This document shows positions 13,401 through 25,900 of a DNA stretch of 62,408 nt, one piece after another (positions within the stretch are counted from its first letter, which is position 1; each line of letters opens with the position of its first letter). The position numbers were made by a program, and so were the translations under genes. This stretch comes from Perkinsus olseni (Eukaryota): positions 1 through 62,408 of the forward strand of contig JABANN010000144.1 of the NCBI GenBank assembly GCA_013115125.1, written 5' to 3'. Under the pieces are notes generated by a model, which ran no database searches, was not told the DNA's origin, and worked only from the letters and a program-made list of their open reading frames with translations.

Positions 13401-13959
13401 TCCGAGAAGAATCTAGTGGTAGACCGACAACTGCAACCCAATTCCACGACTCTCGCGACTACCATCAACCGCGGATCCTTTACAAAAACTACCACTGAAA
13501 AATCCTACTACAGTACGTCAATGCCATTACACAAGAAGGTCGAACGCCCCATATCGCCTGTCTATTCCCGGTTGTTATTACTAGGGGCCGCAAGAGCATC
13601 GGCAATAGCCCATGGAAGCAACAGGAATAATACGAGTAGGGGAGCGCTCCTATGGTGAAGGCGAGCTCCCATTCATAAGAATCAACCTGATGCACACCAC
13701 AAACATCCCTAACCGACACCACAGCTGAAGAGGTGCTAGCGCCACAGAGGGCCACTTAACAGCGTTCTGATTGACTGGCCTCAAGTTCAGTTGTTTCTCC
13801 CGCCTCGCTGCTTCTGAATATCCAACTTATCCGTGAACACAACCATCCGACTGGCAAAACTGACTCCTTTCGATAAAAGAATGGCGATCGTAAGCATGGG
13901 CCTCACGGAGTCCATGCGACTACGCGAAGGAGTGTAAGACAGATAGATGACCATTGCGA

Positions 13960-14286
13960 TCACAGAAGACCCACCCCACCTCCGCTGCTGCAATTGCAGT
14001 ACACCGGGGTATTCGGGAGACGGTCACAATCAACGTTCTTGGTGTTCGACAGGCAGATCTCGAGAGGGCCTTTCCTGTGGGGCGTGTTGACATAGTACAT
14101 ATCCCTACACCTTTGAGGGAAGATGTTGCAGCGACATCCCACTCTAGTCTGGCCAGTTTTAGTGCAAATACCATCACCAACGTAGTCGCAGAAGGTAAGG
14201 CAGTCCAGTGGAACGATGACCTGTTCGCCCATGGAACTGGAAAGGATGCCGAGTAGCAGTGGAATGATGCGGTACAACATAGCCAA
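13960..14286 (-). CDS. Small secreted cysteine-rich protein
   Basis: Signal-peptide-like MLYRIIPLLLGILSSSMG followed by about 9 Cys in under 90 aa. Confidence 0.55.
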   Translation of the reverse strand: MAMLYRIIPLLLGILSSSMGEQVIVPLDCLTFCDYVGDGICTKTGQTRVGCRCNIFPQRCRDMYYVNTPHRKGPLEICLSNTKNVDCDRLPNTPVYCNCSSGGGVGLL

Positions 14287-15399
14287 TGAAAGAAGTGATT
14301 ATAACGCTCAAGATGATGACGGAGGAGATGAGCTGGCAGGAACCTAGCCGCCCCTTGCACGCATACTCTGCACACGCGTGCAAGTTCCGCCATACCTACC
14401 GACTAGTTGATTCGCTCCAGACCCCTTCCTAAGCGGACTCGGTTCAGTAGAAAGCTGGAGCGAATGAAATCGGCTGGTGTTGGCGTTATCGGGTTCGGGC
14501 TGCCAAAAGGATGTGCCCGGGAGAAGAAGACGAGCATGCATAGCGGTAGAGACGGATGCGCTCGCCGACGACAGCTTGTCTCACGGTAAGGGTCGCCTGC
14601 AATGTCTCTACGAGAACTCTACCCGTCGCCGCGTTACGCTAGCACCTATTCAGCTGTCCTCTGCAACCACCCCCGCCGCTACTGCGTATCATTCCACCGA
14701 ATACTCCCTCTTCAGCCTGATGCAGTCATTATGCGCTACTGCAGCACTAGGGCGCGTGCGGGCGTGCTGAAGACCAGAGCGCCACGGAACAACGGAGCTT
14801 CGCCCTCCTCAGCTCCTCCTCCATCACGGTAGCCCTACATCGCATTGGAGCGCGTATGATCAACCAGATAACGGTCAGAACCACCGAGGGGTCACCCTTA
14901 ACTTGCTATCACAAATACTGCGCGGCGGCGATTCTCACACCCATGAGCCTCGGCCATGGCAGTGCTCCTAGACCGGAAAGCCGTTATACATAATAATACG
15001 ATGAGCTAGAGAGCAGGTCAGGCTGTGAGCTCATGCCAACCACACTTTCGAAAACAGTCAAGTATGTAGGCTGCTCTTCTCATAGTGTGGGCTGCTGGCG
15101 TAGAGAGCTGAGGAAGCCTCTATTATTGTGCTACTGTCTCCCTGGCGGGGTCACGCCCAAATAGGGCCAGCCAGAGCTTCCAGTGCCCTGCTCCCCCTGC
15201 CTCCCCCACCACTCGCAAGGAATAGTCGCTGAGTACCCCTTTCTGCACACGACCCATGCCGCAAGATTTGAAATAACGAGTCATATCGTTCTAATCAAAA
15301 TGAATATCATCATCGGCGGCTGGCATTCCCTCTGTAGAGGGCTGCGCAGCTGCAGCAGCACCTTCTCTTCCAGGGGAGCTGTCACCCAGGCGGAATCCT

Positions 15400-16190
15400 G
15401 AGCATAGTACCACGACTAACACGCAGCGATGGACGGAGGGCTGTTGCTACCCTCTCCAGAGAAGGCTTGGAACGTCGAGCCTTGAGTACCGAACACCCCG
15501 CGATCGATGCCACTGCCCTCATTTCTCGAAGAATCCCCTCTAAGACGGCCCGGGCTCACGTTGTTGACCTGAGGGAAGTCGTGACCCTGCCGCTCTGAGA
15601 ACGGGGCCAGCCTGGCACGGTCCCAACGCCCGATGCGTGAAAGTGTTCGACAAGCCTCACATTGGTCGCCCCAGCTATGTAGCTGTCTCTAAGCTCCTTC
15701 AACAGGGTCCAACCGTAGTAAACGCTTGCCATGTTCAGCACTGGGTGCAGTATGGCAGCCAAATGAAGGTAGTTGACAATGAGGGGAGCTGCCCCAGCGA
15801 AGATGGGCCCGTGACCATACGCAAAACGCTCGATCAGGCCGAGGAACTGAGCACAGCCCGTGCCGTTGGCCCAGCCTATGGCGCGCTTCCCACTTGAATG
15901 GAGCCGTTGATGAAACAAATAATAGTGTAGCTAGGCAGCCAGGAGACGCCTTGAGGTTGGGTTGAATACCTAGAAAGAGAACGCCATAGGATAGATATGG
16001 TAGCGATGGCGCCGCCGAGGTAGTACATGCCAATGCCCGCCATCAACGTATTGACGAAGCCTGTTACCAGATCGCCCATCAGGAACTCTATCACACCTGA
16101 GGAGCCATGGCCAGCATGGTGTAGTAGATCTCGGTGAAGTACCCACCGAGGGAGCCTTGGAGGACACTGCTGATGAGAAGACCTTTCATG
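15400..16190 (-). CDS. Hypothetical multi-pass membrane protein, spliced; ends approximate
   Basis: Hydrophobic exons IEFLMGDLVTGFVNTLMAGIGMYYLGG, WLPSYTIICFINGSIQ and LHLAAILHPVLNMASVYYGWTLLKELR separated by short GT-AG introns. Confidence 0.5.
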
Positions 16191-16642
16191 GCCGACTTAC
16201 CAGCGTCCCTAGCAGCAAGACCAAGTATTACGCACCGGGGAAGGCGACAAGGCAGCCAAGGGGCTCACGTTAATGGGAATCCCATCCGGTCTACTTCGAT
16301 AGTCAGTGGTATGACTATCGGTATACACGCCACAGCGAGGGGGACTGGGGCGGTAGCAGGTAAGGCCATGGCCGCCTGCATGCTCACCACTGTCGTGGAG
16401 AGGGGGCCTATCTACATACACAACGCCATGCCACCAACGAGAGTAGAGAGGATACATGTGCGGCTGCAGCTAGCCACGTTGTCACCCTATGAGCATGGAC
16501 TCCAAACCCGTAGGAGCGTGGTGCATGGGTGAGGGACGAATGAGTACAGGCAATAACAAGAACCGCAGCACAAGAGACTCTTCGGAATCCGCAACTCGCG
16601 GTTCATTCTTTAAGCGGCGAATGCGCTAACAAAAAGTACCAT

Positions 16643-17900
16643 CTAACTGTTCTCAAGTCCCCCCCAGACCACACGGAGACTACCCCTGGAGCTACAGTCC
16701 CTCTGCCTTGAATACCCATAGCATTCTGCGCCATCCCAGCAGTATTCACTCTCCGTCCTTCCCAATGCCCCGAGATTGCAACGATACGACCTCACCAACT
16801 GCATTATCCTATCATTCAACTTCACTGAAAGTAGAGAGCCCCTTTCCCTCCGACCCCTCTTCCCTTCCGCCGCTGGGGACGACGGCCCGAGCCAGAAGTT
16901 CCCGGTCTGAGGATGAGCAGTCACTGTGAGTCTGCGCATGGTCCTACCCTCCCTTGTGTCCGCTTGATCTTTGGCACTGCAACGTATCCGAATATGAACT
17001 CCATCCCAACGCTGCGGTCTGAGCTGCCCTCCGCCGCAGATGCCCACGAGGAAGAGGACATCAACGGTGTCAAATACCAGCGTGCACCCTACTACGGCCG
17101 TCGCGATATCCAGCGGGAGCTCAGCGGTAGTGCATTGACTAACAGACTGAACGCAAAAGGCCAAACTCGCCAGGCCAAAGGGCCAACACATTATCAACAT
17201 GTACTTCTTCATTCCGCACGAAGATGCTTCTGTCGTCTACTACCATTGTCCATCATCTCCGCCCTCCTCACCATCTCCTCCGCACTTGGACTGGGGTATG
17301 GCATTGGCCCGCTCACCGGTGCAGGATACGGGGCCGCTGCTGTCACTGTCATTGGGGCAGGCGTGGCCGGGAGGCTTACCATCACTCCACCCGTATCATC
17401 GGTCCCTTCAGCTGTGATGCAGAGTGTGTTCAAGACCCCTTCCCAGGTAACTTTCTTTGAACCGTCGAACCAGAACTTCTTCTGTTTTCTACGACGGACA
17501 TCTTCTGCGTGCGCCAGGGCTGCATCAAAGATATCTTTGCAAGTAGTCAGACCACTGGCTTCCGGTGGCGTGAACAATTGCATCAGATCTTGCGAACGGG
17601 AAAGGTACACTCGAGTGAACCTGAGCGACGCAACTTCAGCGCAGAATGGCGACACCCACTTACGCCTTCCCCTGGCCGCACGAAAAAGAGTCCAACTCGA
17701 AGGGACCGTGGTCAGGGTCATCATTCTGCCTCTTGATCGAAATAAATCTGTCATGTCCGATGTCCTGCGTGCAGGTGCCGGTGTCCGGCAGGTCACACCC
17801 CAGCAGGGCGATCGACATCGCTGCTGCGGCTACGACGACGAGTAGGATCCTAGTCTTGTACGTATTATGGGTACCACTAAGCATACTAGTAGGGGCCTTA
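16643..17900 (-). CDS. Hypothetical secreted protein, spliced; boundaries uncertain
   Basis: Hydrophobic ILLVVVAAAAMSIALLGC followed by Cys-containing and T/P-rich ORF segments. Confidence 0.35.
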
Positions 17901-19948
17901 AGGAGAACTGAGAAGAGATGGTTTGACCGAGCCCGGTAGATTGGTAACACAGGGCACCACCCGACACTTGAGAGCAATGGTGAATCAACACACGTACGCG
18001 TGGGGGAATATGGTAGCTAGCAGACTGAAACTGCTGATAGATCAACTTGTGCAGGTGCAGGAGCAACAATGAAGGGATCATATCTGACCAGCCTGAAACG
18101 CACAAGGCAATCAAATCCTCCTCGTGGCCGAATAGATGGGCGGTTGACTATGATGATGTGAGACCGAGTACCCCCGCCTACATCAACTTGAACTACTGGT
18201 TTTCCCGGGTCAGCCTCTGCCCATGGACCTGAAATGCTCATCAGATGCGACGGGACCGGTGTCCGAGACTACCGCGTCCAGCTATGGTGTCCCTGAGGGG
18301 GAGAAGGGTTCCTAGGAACATGGACACTCCGAAAACGATACCAATGGCGATGAAGAGGCCTGACAAGTGAGGCGCTGAGTGGAGATAACTGACACTCGTA
18401 GGAAAAAAGATGGCAAGGGCTAGACTACGGGGTGATGCAGCAAAGGCAATCAGGGTTGGCGAGTGAGAGTTAAAGTACGCAGGATCCAAATGAAGCTGAC
18501 GCGGCTGCCAAATCCACTTGATCGCATATGTCACGCGTTGTAGGTTTGAAAACGCGAAGGTGTCAATTCCCACCATGCGATGAGGGCAGTGGTCCTCCGA
18601 TTGCCCATCCGATATCAAAAGCAGTTAGCCCACATGATGAGGAGACTTTCGGCTGGATACTACACCATGAACCCTTCACGGTGTACCAACTCTTGGTACT
18701 CACGATACGGCAGACGATGGACAAGGAATCAGCATCATCGAGAAGCCTCAAACCCTACACTGTCGATCGCAGGCTACCCGCTTTTCGGTTGTGACCATTT
18801 TCGCCGCAGCATTTTGCCGAGATCGACGCAAGTAACCCAGGCAACGAGTCAGTATCGGTTGTATCCCATCACCCTATTGTTAAGAGATGGACAGTTCTTT
18901 GTCTAATATCATTCCAGGGACATGCGGATTGCACAGTGCCAAAATGGCCTTATGCCATGGCGACCAACACGGTATTCGACGAGACCGAAGAGGAGAATGT
19001 TAGTCAGGCCCGGTATCCTACACTTCAGCATAGCCGTTCGTGACTCATCCTCTCGCATACGCCGCATAGCAGCGAGCTTCGACTGGTCAGATGCTGTTCG
19101 GATGAACTGCATTGTTGTAACGCCACCTCAACGTCTTGAGCAGGACTACGTGGGATAAAACAAAGACGACAACTGAGGGATTCTGCCTGAGGGGAGAAGA
19201 GCTACTCGCGGCGTGCTGTACCCCGGCGTCAACACGAAGACCAACAGACACAGAAACAGTTCATCCGCATGCCCTCAGAAGGAGTCGAAGTTTTCCAGCA
19301 GTCGCCTGAATGACGAGGGTTCAGAGCCCCCCCCCCTAGCCGCAAGTCCTTACCTCGTTACGGGTGATGCCGGCGGTATATACCGCTTCTTGAACACATT
19401 ACGTGGATACGGTGCAGCATTCCTCTTCATCCTAGTGTCCAGTCGCATAGCTGAGCATGTATCGCCCGTTCGACACGACGCCCTAGCCTAGTACCTTTCT
19501 CTCGAGGCCTCAAAGTAAGTATCGCCCAGGAAAGGCCTAGCGCCACCCCAGCCAAATGCAGTGGGGACGAACGGGCAGAAAATGCGGACATTCAAAGCTG
19601 AAATCAGGATTAGGCCAACTCACCTGTCGTCAAGGGCGCCGAAAAACCGAACCTTGCGCTAGAGTTAGGTAAAAGAAAGAACGCGCAAGAGAGCAAGATG
19701 GTGGCGCATATTCGTTTTCCGTTGATTTTGATCTAGTCCAGCGGGGATCGCGTTGCGGACAAGAGTACATAAAGTAGCTCGCCTCCAAGTGTTGTGAGTC
19801 ACAGCCTGTGATTCTCGGCATCGTCACCAAGGTTCGGTACATGCTCGGTATTTGTGTAATCTTCCATGCTTCAGCCGTTGAAGCGAAGGCCTTCTTGCCG
19901 CAGAGATTTTGAACGCATGATCTTCACAGGGACCGTTCCCCCTTCGAC

Positions 19949-21106
19949 ATGACACACCGCCCGACTTTTCTCCTCGCTTTGACGCTACAAGTCCGCTGTT
20001 CCGTCAGGTTGTTCGTCTTCTACGAGAGGGGTTACCTCCGCACTGAAATCGCTGTCAACGGCCAGATAGTCCATCCCATAGTGGACACGGGCTCTGTTAG
20101 CTTTCACGTTGTTGGTAAGAATTACTTCGAGGATTCTTGTCGACGTTACCCGCTCGACTGTTACAATCTAACCTTCAACGATCTCGTCGACCAGGCATTA
20201 GAGAGCTTCACGGGAGAGGGAAATGTAACAAAGATCTATAGCGGGATTAAGTATTCGATGCGCGCGCTGAGGAAGGAAGTTGAGATGGGCATTCCCGAAT
20301 CCATCAAAACAAGAATGAAATTCTATGCTGTTGTGGCTGTTCGGAGGCAGGTGGAGAGCTTGGAAACGGACACCAGGCCCCATGCGATCCTCGGCTTGGG
20401 TTACCCTCGAGAGGAGGCGAACTCCATTCTAGATCAGCTAGTAAAGCGCGGTATCATCAGCGATGAGAACCGAGTGTTCACCTTGATGCTGCCTGCTAGT
20501 AATTCAGGGATTGGTGAACTCACTCTAGGCAGTTTGAAGCCCGAGGATCCGCTCGAACCGGGCAGCCTAGTTTACTTGCCCATCTTGCATATAACCCGAG
20601 AATATGTGAAATGGAAGGTCATGATGTCTGCCTTATCCGTGGACGGTGGAGGCTGTTCCATTATCACGGGACCTGTCCTACTGGACTCTGGCTCCCCATC
20701 CCTAGCAGGCCCCGCTCATCAAGTTGACGAACTCGTGGGGTTCATCATGACGCGAGCGCGCGGGTCGAAGGGCGAAGAGGTGATTCGAAGGACTACGTCG
20801 GGTTCGTACTGGTTGCACTGTGATGATGTAAAGTATATTCCGAACCTCGAGCTGTCGTTCGATATAGACCAGAGCACATGGGGAAGCCTAACGATCAGCA
20901 GGGAGTATGTGGTGCAAAAGTTGAGTTACAGAAGAGGAATGTGCTCCCTGGTAGTCAGGACGCGGAATATCGACTTCTGGTGGCTGGGGGAGCCTTTCTT
21001 TCGGAATAGGACGATACGTTTTGATGCTCATAAGGGGAGGCTGGGTATGAGTCTTGTTCACCACAAGAAAGCGATTACAGTCTCGGACGCAGCTTCTGAG
21101 GTGTAG
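19949..21106 (+). CDS. Pepsin-family (A1) aspartic protease, intronless
   Basis: Signal-like N-terminus, IVDTGS and LLDSGS catalytic motifs, AILGLG, WWLGEPFFR..IRFD. Confidence 0.9.
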   Translation: MTHRPTFLLALTLQVRCSVRLFVFYERGYLRTEIAVNGQIVHPIVDTGSVSFHVVGKNYFEDSCRRYPLDCYNLTFNDLVDQALESFTGEGNVTKIYSGIKYSMRALRKEVEMGIPESIKTRMKFYAVVAVRRQVESLETDTRPHAILGLGYPREEANSILDQLVKRGIISDENRVFTLMLPASNSGIGELTLGSLKPEDPLEPGSLVYLPILHITREYVKWKVMMSALSVDGGGCSIITGPVLLDSGSPSLAGPAHQVDELVGFIMTRARGSKGEEVIRRTTSGSYWLHCDDVKYIPNLELSFDIDQSTWGSLTISREYVVQKLSYRRGMCSLVVRTRNIDFWWLGEPFFRNRTIRFDAHKGRLGMSLVHHKKAITVSDAASEV

Positions 21107-21722
21107 GATACCTGACGGGTGCCGCAGCCTGCGGCACTGCCGCACGTGAGGTAACCCCACCTTCAGTTGCGAGTCGCAACTTGCGACCAACTTCGACCTA
21201 TCCTTGTGTTCAATTGTCGCCGCAAGGAAGAACTCCTCCGTATGATGGTGAGTGTTGTTGTCGTAGTGGCACAGTCACTAAAACCGTCACTACATGTTTT
21301 GCGCTGTGATGTTCACATATCCGTATTAGTTGTTGCATGATAGTTAGTAACAATACAACGTCTACTCAGCCTAGCCCAGGCTCTGGGCTATCCGGTTACC
21401 ATCGAAGACAAAACAGCGGACCTGGCCTGCGCGGTTTTCTTTTCGTTCTATGTCTTGAGGTACGGCAGGCGAATCTGCTGATCGCAGACTGCGATTCGCA
21501 GTGCGATTATCACACCCAACTGCACTCTGGCAACGCGAACGTGGGAACCAGAGATTAGCTCACCTCCTAGTGCTGTGGCCCTTTTAGCATAGTCGCCAAG
21601 GATCGGTATATATTCGGTATTTGCGTTATCTTCCATGCTTGAGCCGTTGAAATTCAGCGAAGGCCTCGTTTTCGCGGAGATTTGAAACACATGGTATCCA
21701 CAGGGACCGTTCCTTCTTCAAT

Positions 21723-22440
21723 ATGACATATATGACATTTCTCCTCACTCTGACCCTACAAGTCCGCTGTTCCGTCAAGTTACCCGTCTTCTACGAGAGA
21801 GGTTACTTCCGCACTGAAATCGCTGTAAACGGGCAGAAAGTCCATCCCATAGTGGACACGGGCTCTGTTAGCTTTTATGTCGTTGGTGAGAACTACTTTG
21901 AGGATTGGTGCCGACGTTACCGCCCAACTGTTATAATCTGTCCCTCAACGAGCTCATCGATCAGACGTTACAGAGCGTCACGGGAAAGAGAAGTGTAACG
22001 AGGAGCTACGCTAAGCTCACAAGCTGTGTGCGCTCGCTGAAGAAGCAAGTCGAGCTGGGCGCTCCCGAATCCTTCAAAATTAAAAAGAAATTCGTTGTGG
22101 ATGGTCGGAGCAAGGCGGACCGCTTGGGAACGGAAGGGATGATGGTAAGTTTCTGGTTTTCAGACGGGTTTGTGGTTCGTTATAGACAACAGCACACGGG
22201 GAAGCCTTACGATCAGCGGGGAGTATGTGGTGCAAGAGTCGAGAGTCGAGAGACAAGAGAGGAAGCTGCTTCCTGGCAGTCGGAGCGCGGAGTATCGACC
22301 TCTGGAGGCTGGGGGCACCTCTCTTTCGGAATAGGACGATACGGTTCGATGCTCCTAGGGGACGCCTGGACATGAGTCTTATTCAGCACAAGGAGAAGGC
22401 GACAGGTTGGAACGCGGCTTCTGATAAAGAGATTTCCTAA
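21723..22440 (+). pseudogene. Decayed tandem copy of the aspartic protease
   Basis: Homologous 5' part (IVDTGS) and 3' part (LGAPLFRNRTIRFD); frameshift near 21925; central region with the second catalytic Asp is missing; flanks also duplicated. Confidence 0.85.
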
Positions 22441-22910
22441 CGGCTGCCGCACAATGTACGGCGTACATGTAGCGACTAACTCTGACCTATCCCTGTGTCC
22501 CATTGTTGCTGCGGGGAAGACCTCTATGATGATGATGGATGCTGATGTTGTAGTGGTCACTACGGCACTCACTACATGTTGTGCGCTGTGATGTTCACAT
22601 ATCCGTATCAGTTGCTGTGTGATAGTGAGGGACAGTACGACAAATACGCGTATGGGCGGCTCATTCCAACACGTTGCCTAGGAGGGCGTCATTTTCCGAG
22701 AGAATGCCCGTCGCTAATCTTCTGCCTAATGGAGCGTACTGAGAGTTCAGGTCAGACAGTACATTCTGTCGAACAGGCTGAGTTCAGGAGCATGGCTTCC
22801 AATTATCCAAGATTTACTCGCGAGTGTCTCGGGTAACTGACAGTTACTGCCATTCATGACCTCCTGACGCAACAACTATCGAGTTCCAATCGTACACACT
22901 CTCAAACTCA

Positions 22911-22970
22911 TCAATACCCATGTCCGACACTCTTAGACTTATCAATACCCACGTCCGACACTTGTCCGAC
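22911..22970. repeat. Short direct repeat, 31-bp spacing
   Basis: tcaatacccaYgtccgacact at 22911 and 22942, then a further tgtccgac. Confidence 0.7.
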
Positions 22971-22999
22971 GGTCTGTAGAACGGTTCTCTGTAGTTCTC

Positions 23000-25900
23000 G
23001 ACTCGACTCGACTCGAAACTTATTGCCAGGCTTTACGGGCAGAAGCCCATAGCCCTATATACGCCCCGCGTTAGCGGCGGCCGATAAGACTAGACAAAAA
23101 CCGCACATAGTGAGTCATGTGAGGAGAGAGATAGTACACGAGATCAAGATCAAAGTTGTCGACCAGATGAACGAACAAGGTATAAGGTTTGACGTAGAGC
23201 CTCCTCCGACGAGTAGAGAAGGTGGGTCAATAAGCGATCTGAGTCAGAAGGGCGTATGTGATAAGGAAGATACAGAGGTCGGAGGTGAGCTAGATGCGGA
23301 CACAAGAGTAAAAGGTGTTCAATAGTGTCGGGAGCAGAGTCACAGAACGGGCATCTGACCGGGTGAAAGAAAGGCATTTTCCCTAACCTGAGACGAAAGA
23401 GTAAGGTTTGTTCCGCACGCCTGAACGAACCACAGTGGATCGGGTCATGTTGCCAACGATAAGTACCACCCAACATGTAGGTTTCCCCTGGTAGTTTACC
23501 AGCCACCGCTTCGAAAACCACTCGTTTATGTTGTAGTAGGCGATTTTGGGCACTACTCCAACTTTCATCATGCTCGAGTGGTGGTAGGAGGAGTTGAAGT
23601 TTAGCCGCGGAGTCAACGGCATCATGGAGTGGGTGCCCTACATGAGCCTTGATCCAGAGGCTCTGGATAACAGAGGTCCGGTACGGAGGATGTCGTTGTA
23701 GATGTTGGTCTACCTCGTCAAGCGCTCCCTGTACGTTCCAGACCGTCATTCGGGTAGACGTTGTAGGGAACCCATTGTTGCCTAGCGTTGATACCACCGC
23801 GAGGTTATCGTTGACTAGAAGTAGCTTCCCTGTTTGTGCAATATTGTGGACATATGTTTCTTGGGAGAGGAGGTCGGACATGGTGCGTTGTATTGCACAT
23901 AGTTCTGCTTCGAAGGAGGAGGCTAGGCGGGTGCTCAAAGATCCACCGATCTGTATTTCCCTTTACCCGGTAAGATGGGAGGGTGATAGTATAGTTGTGC
24001 TACTGATCGATTGAGTACATGATTGTGGATAAGAGAAGGGGAAGTGACGTGTAGATAATGCGACAATGAATGGAGTAATCGGACTACTGGAATATTATAG
24101 TCTTTGTTATACCAAATAGTTTCAGCAGGATAAGTGCCAAGGGTTGAAAGGAGAAGAGAGCATGGAATCTGTAGTCGTACCATCTTCTCAAGTAGTTTAT
24201 CCCAGGAACTTGTTAGCAGCGGCGTCAATTCTGGAACACCAAGCAGTCGTTTGGCTTGTCCAGCGCCGGTCTGGATCCCACAACCAATCATAGCTTTGAC
24301 ACCGCGGGAGTACCCGCCTTCCAGTAGGTCCCAGTTAGCTTGATTGAGACCAAAGGTCCACGCTGTGCTTCCATAAGTAAATAGGGGTAAGTTACCCCGG
24401 GTAACACATACTGCATAAAGAGGTGTCTCAGTGTTTTGGTAGAGGTGTTGGAGAGCCGGCGAAGGACTCCTACCCGTGAAGCACAGATAGATCTAATATT
24501 TCGAATATGTTTTTCCCAATTTAGGCGTTCATCCCAAGTAACTCCTAAAATGACAACTGTAGGAGTGTGCTCTATGACTAGGTCATTCAGAACAATAGCC
24601 CCATCCAGTATTGGAGTCGTCTTACGGCCTCTGAAATAGATCAGGTGTGTTTTATCTTCAGCTAAACTCATCCCGTTTTGTGTCAGCCATGACTCGATCA
24701 GAGCGAGCGCATGGTTAAGTTTTGCGTCAACTTCGGCTTGAGTTTTTCCTTCAGACCAGAGTATGATGTCATCTGCGTACGCACAAAAACCCGCTATTCG
24801 CCACTGTAGCGGGAATCGGTCTCGGAGGTTTTCTAATAGGGTTAGGAGGGGATTAATATAAAGCGCCCAGAGTAGTGGTGATAAAACCGCACCTTGAGGT
24901 AAGCCTTGCTTCTGGTGCATCCAGGAGCTAGATTCTCCTCCCACGTCGACGTAGAACTTACGTCCCGTTTGGAATCCCCACACAAACCTAGCTAGTTTTA
25001 TGTCAATATCTGATTCAAATAGACGTGCCTGAAGTACGTCTAGAGTACAAGTATCATAAGCTTTGCGTAGATCAAGACTGACTAGTCCTACTAGGTTTTT
25101 CTTCTCAACGGACGAGCGGATTCTGTTCTGGAGGAGAGCCAGTTCCTCCTCGGTGCACCTGCCTGGTCGGAAACCGAACTGACAGGCGTTGATAGGTGGG
25201 GAAGGGAGAGTGCGTTCGAAAGCAGTTTCGATTCTGTATAAAATCATATTTTCAACGACCCGGGCTAACAGGTTTGTCACACAAATCGGTCTGAAATTAG
25301 CACATGGCGTTCGACCAGTTGAGCATGGTTTCTTACGTATCACTACTACCCGTCCCCGGCGCCATTGATGTGGGACATCAAGCTCTGAGAAGGCTTTGTT
25401 GATGACCTGTAGACAAACCTGTTTTGCTCGGGTGGTCGAGTGCTTGAGCATCTGAGCTGAGACTTCATCCGGGCCACTTGCAGTGGAAAGGTCAAGCCGT
25501 GCGAAAGCCCTCTCTAGTTCATCCAGACTAAACGGGTGAGCTTGTTGGACGGACTGATCCGCTAGGGGTCCGTCGTAGAGGTGTTGCTTGTAGTCTTTGA
25601 TCCTATATGCTCTACCCCGCCATTCCCTTCGAGTGGCCGGTGACAAGCGACTCTTATAAACCGTCTCCGAGAGGTAAGTTGCATACTTCGCTGCCGCCTC
25701 GCCTCCAAACCAACCCTCAATTTCAGTGGGAGGTGAGGGTTTAGGGCCAAAAACCATCCCTTTGACTACCTTCCAAACCTTGCGAGATTTGGAAGATAAC
25801 TTGCTGGTGAAGTTGTCCCAAGACTGTCTTTTGGCTTGAGCGAGTGCTGCGTGGTAGGAGGTAGTCGTATGTCGCAGCTCCGCTTCGAGTCGATCAACCG

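Noticed and set aside
16913-17845. 310-aa plus-strand ORF
   Set aside because: No motif; probably the antisense shadow of the minus-strand spliced gene
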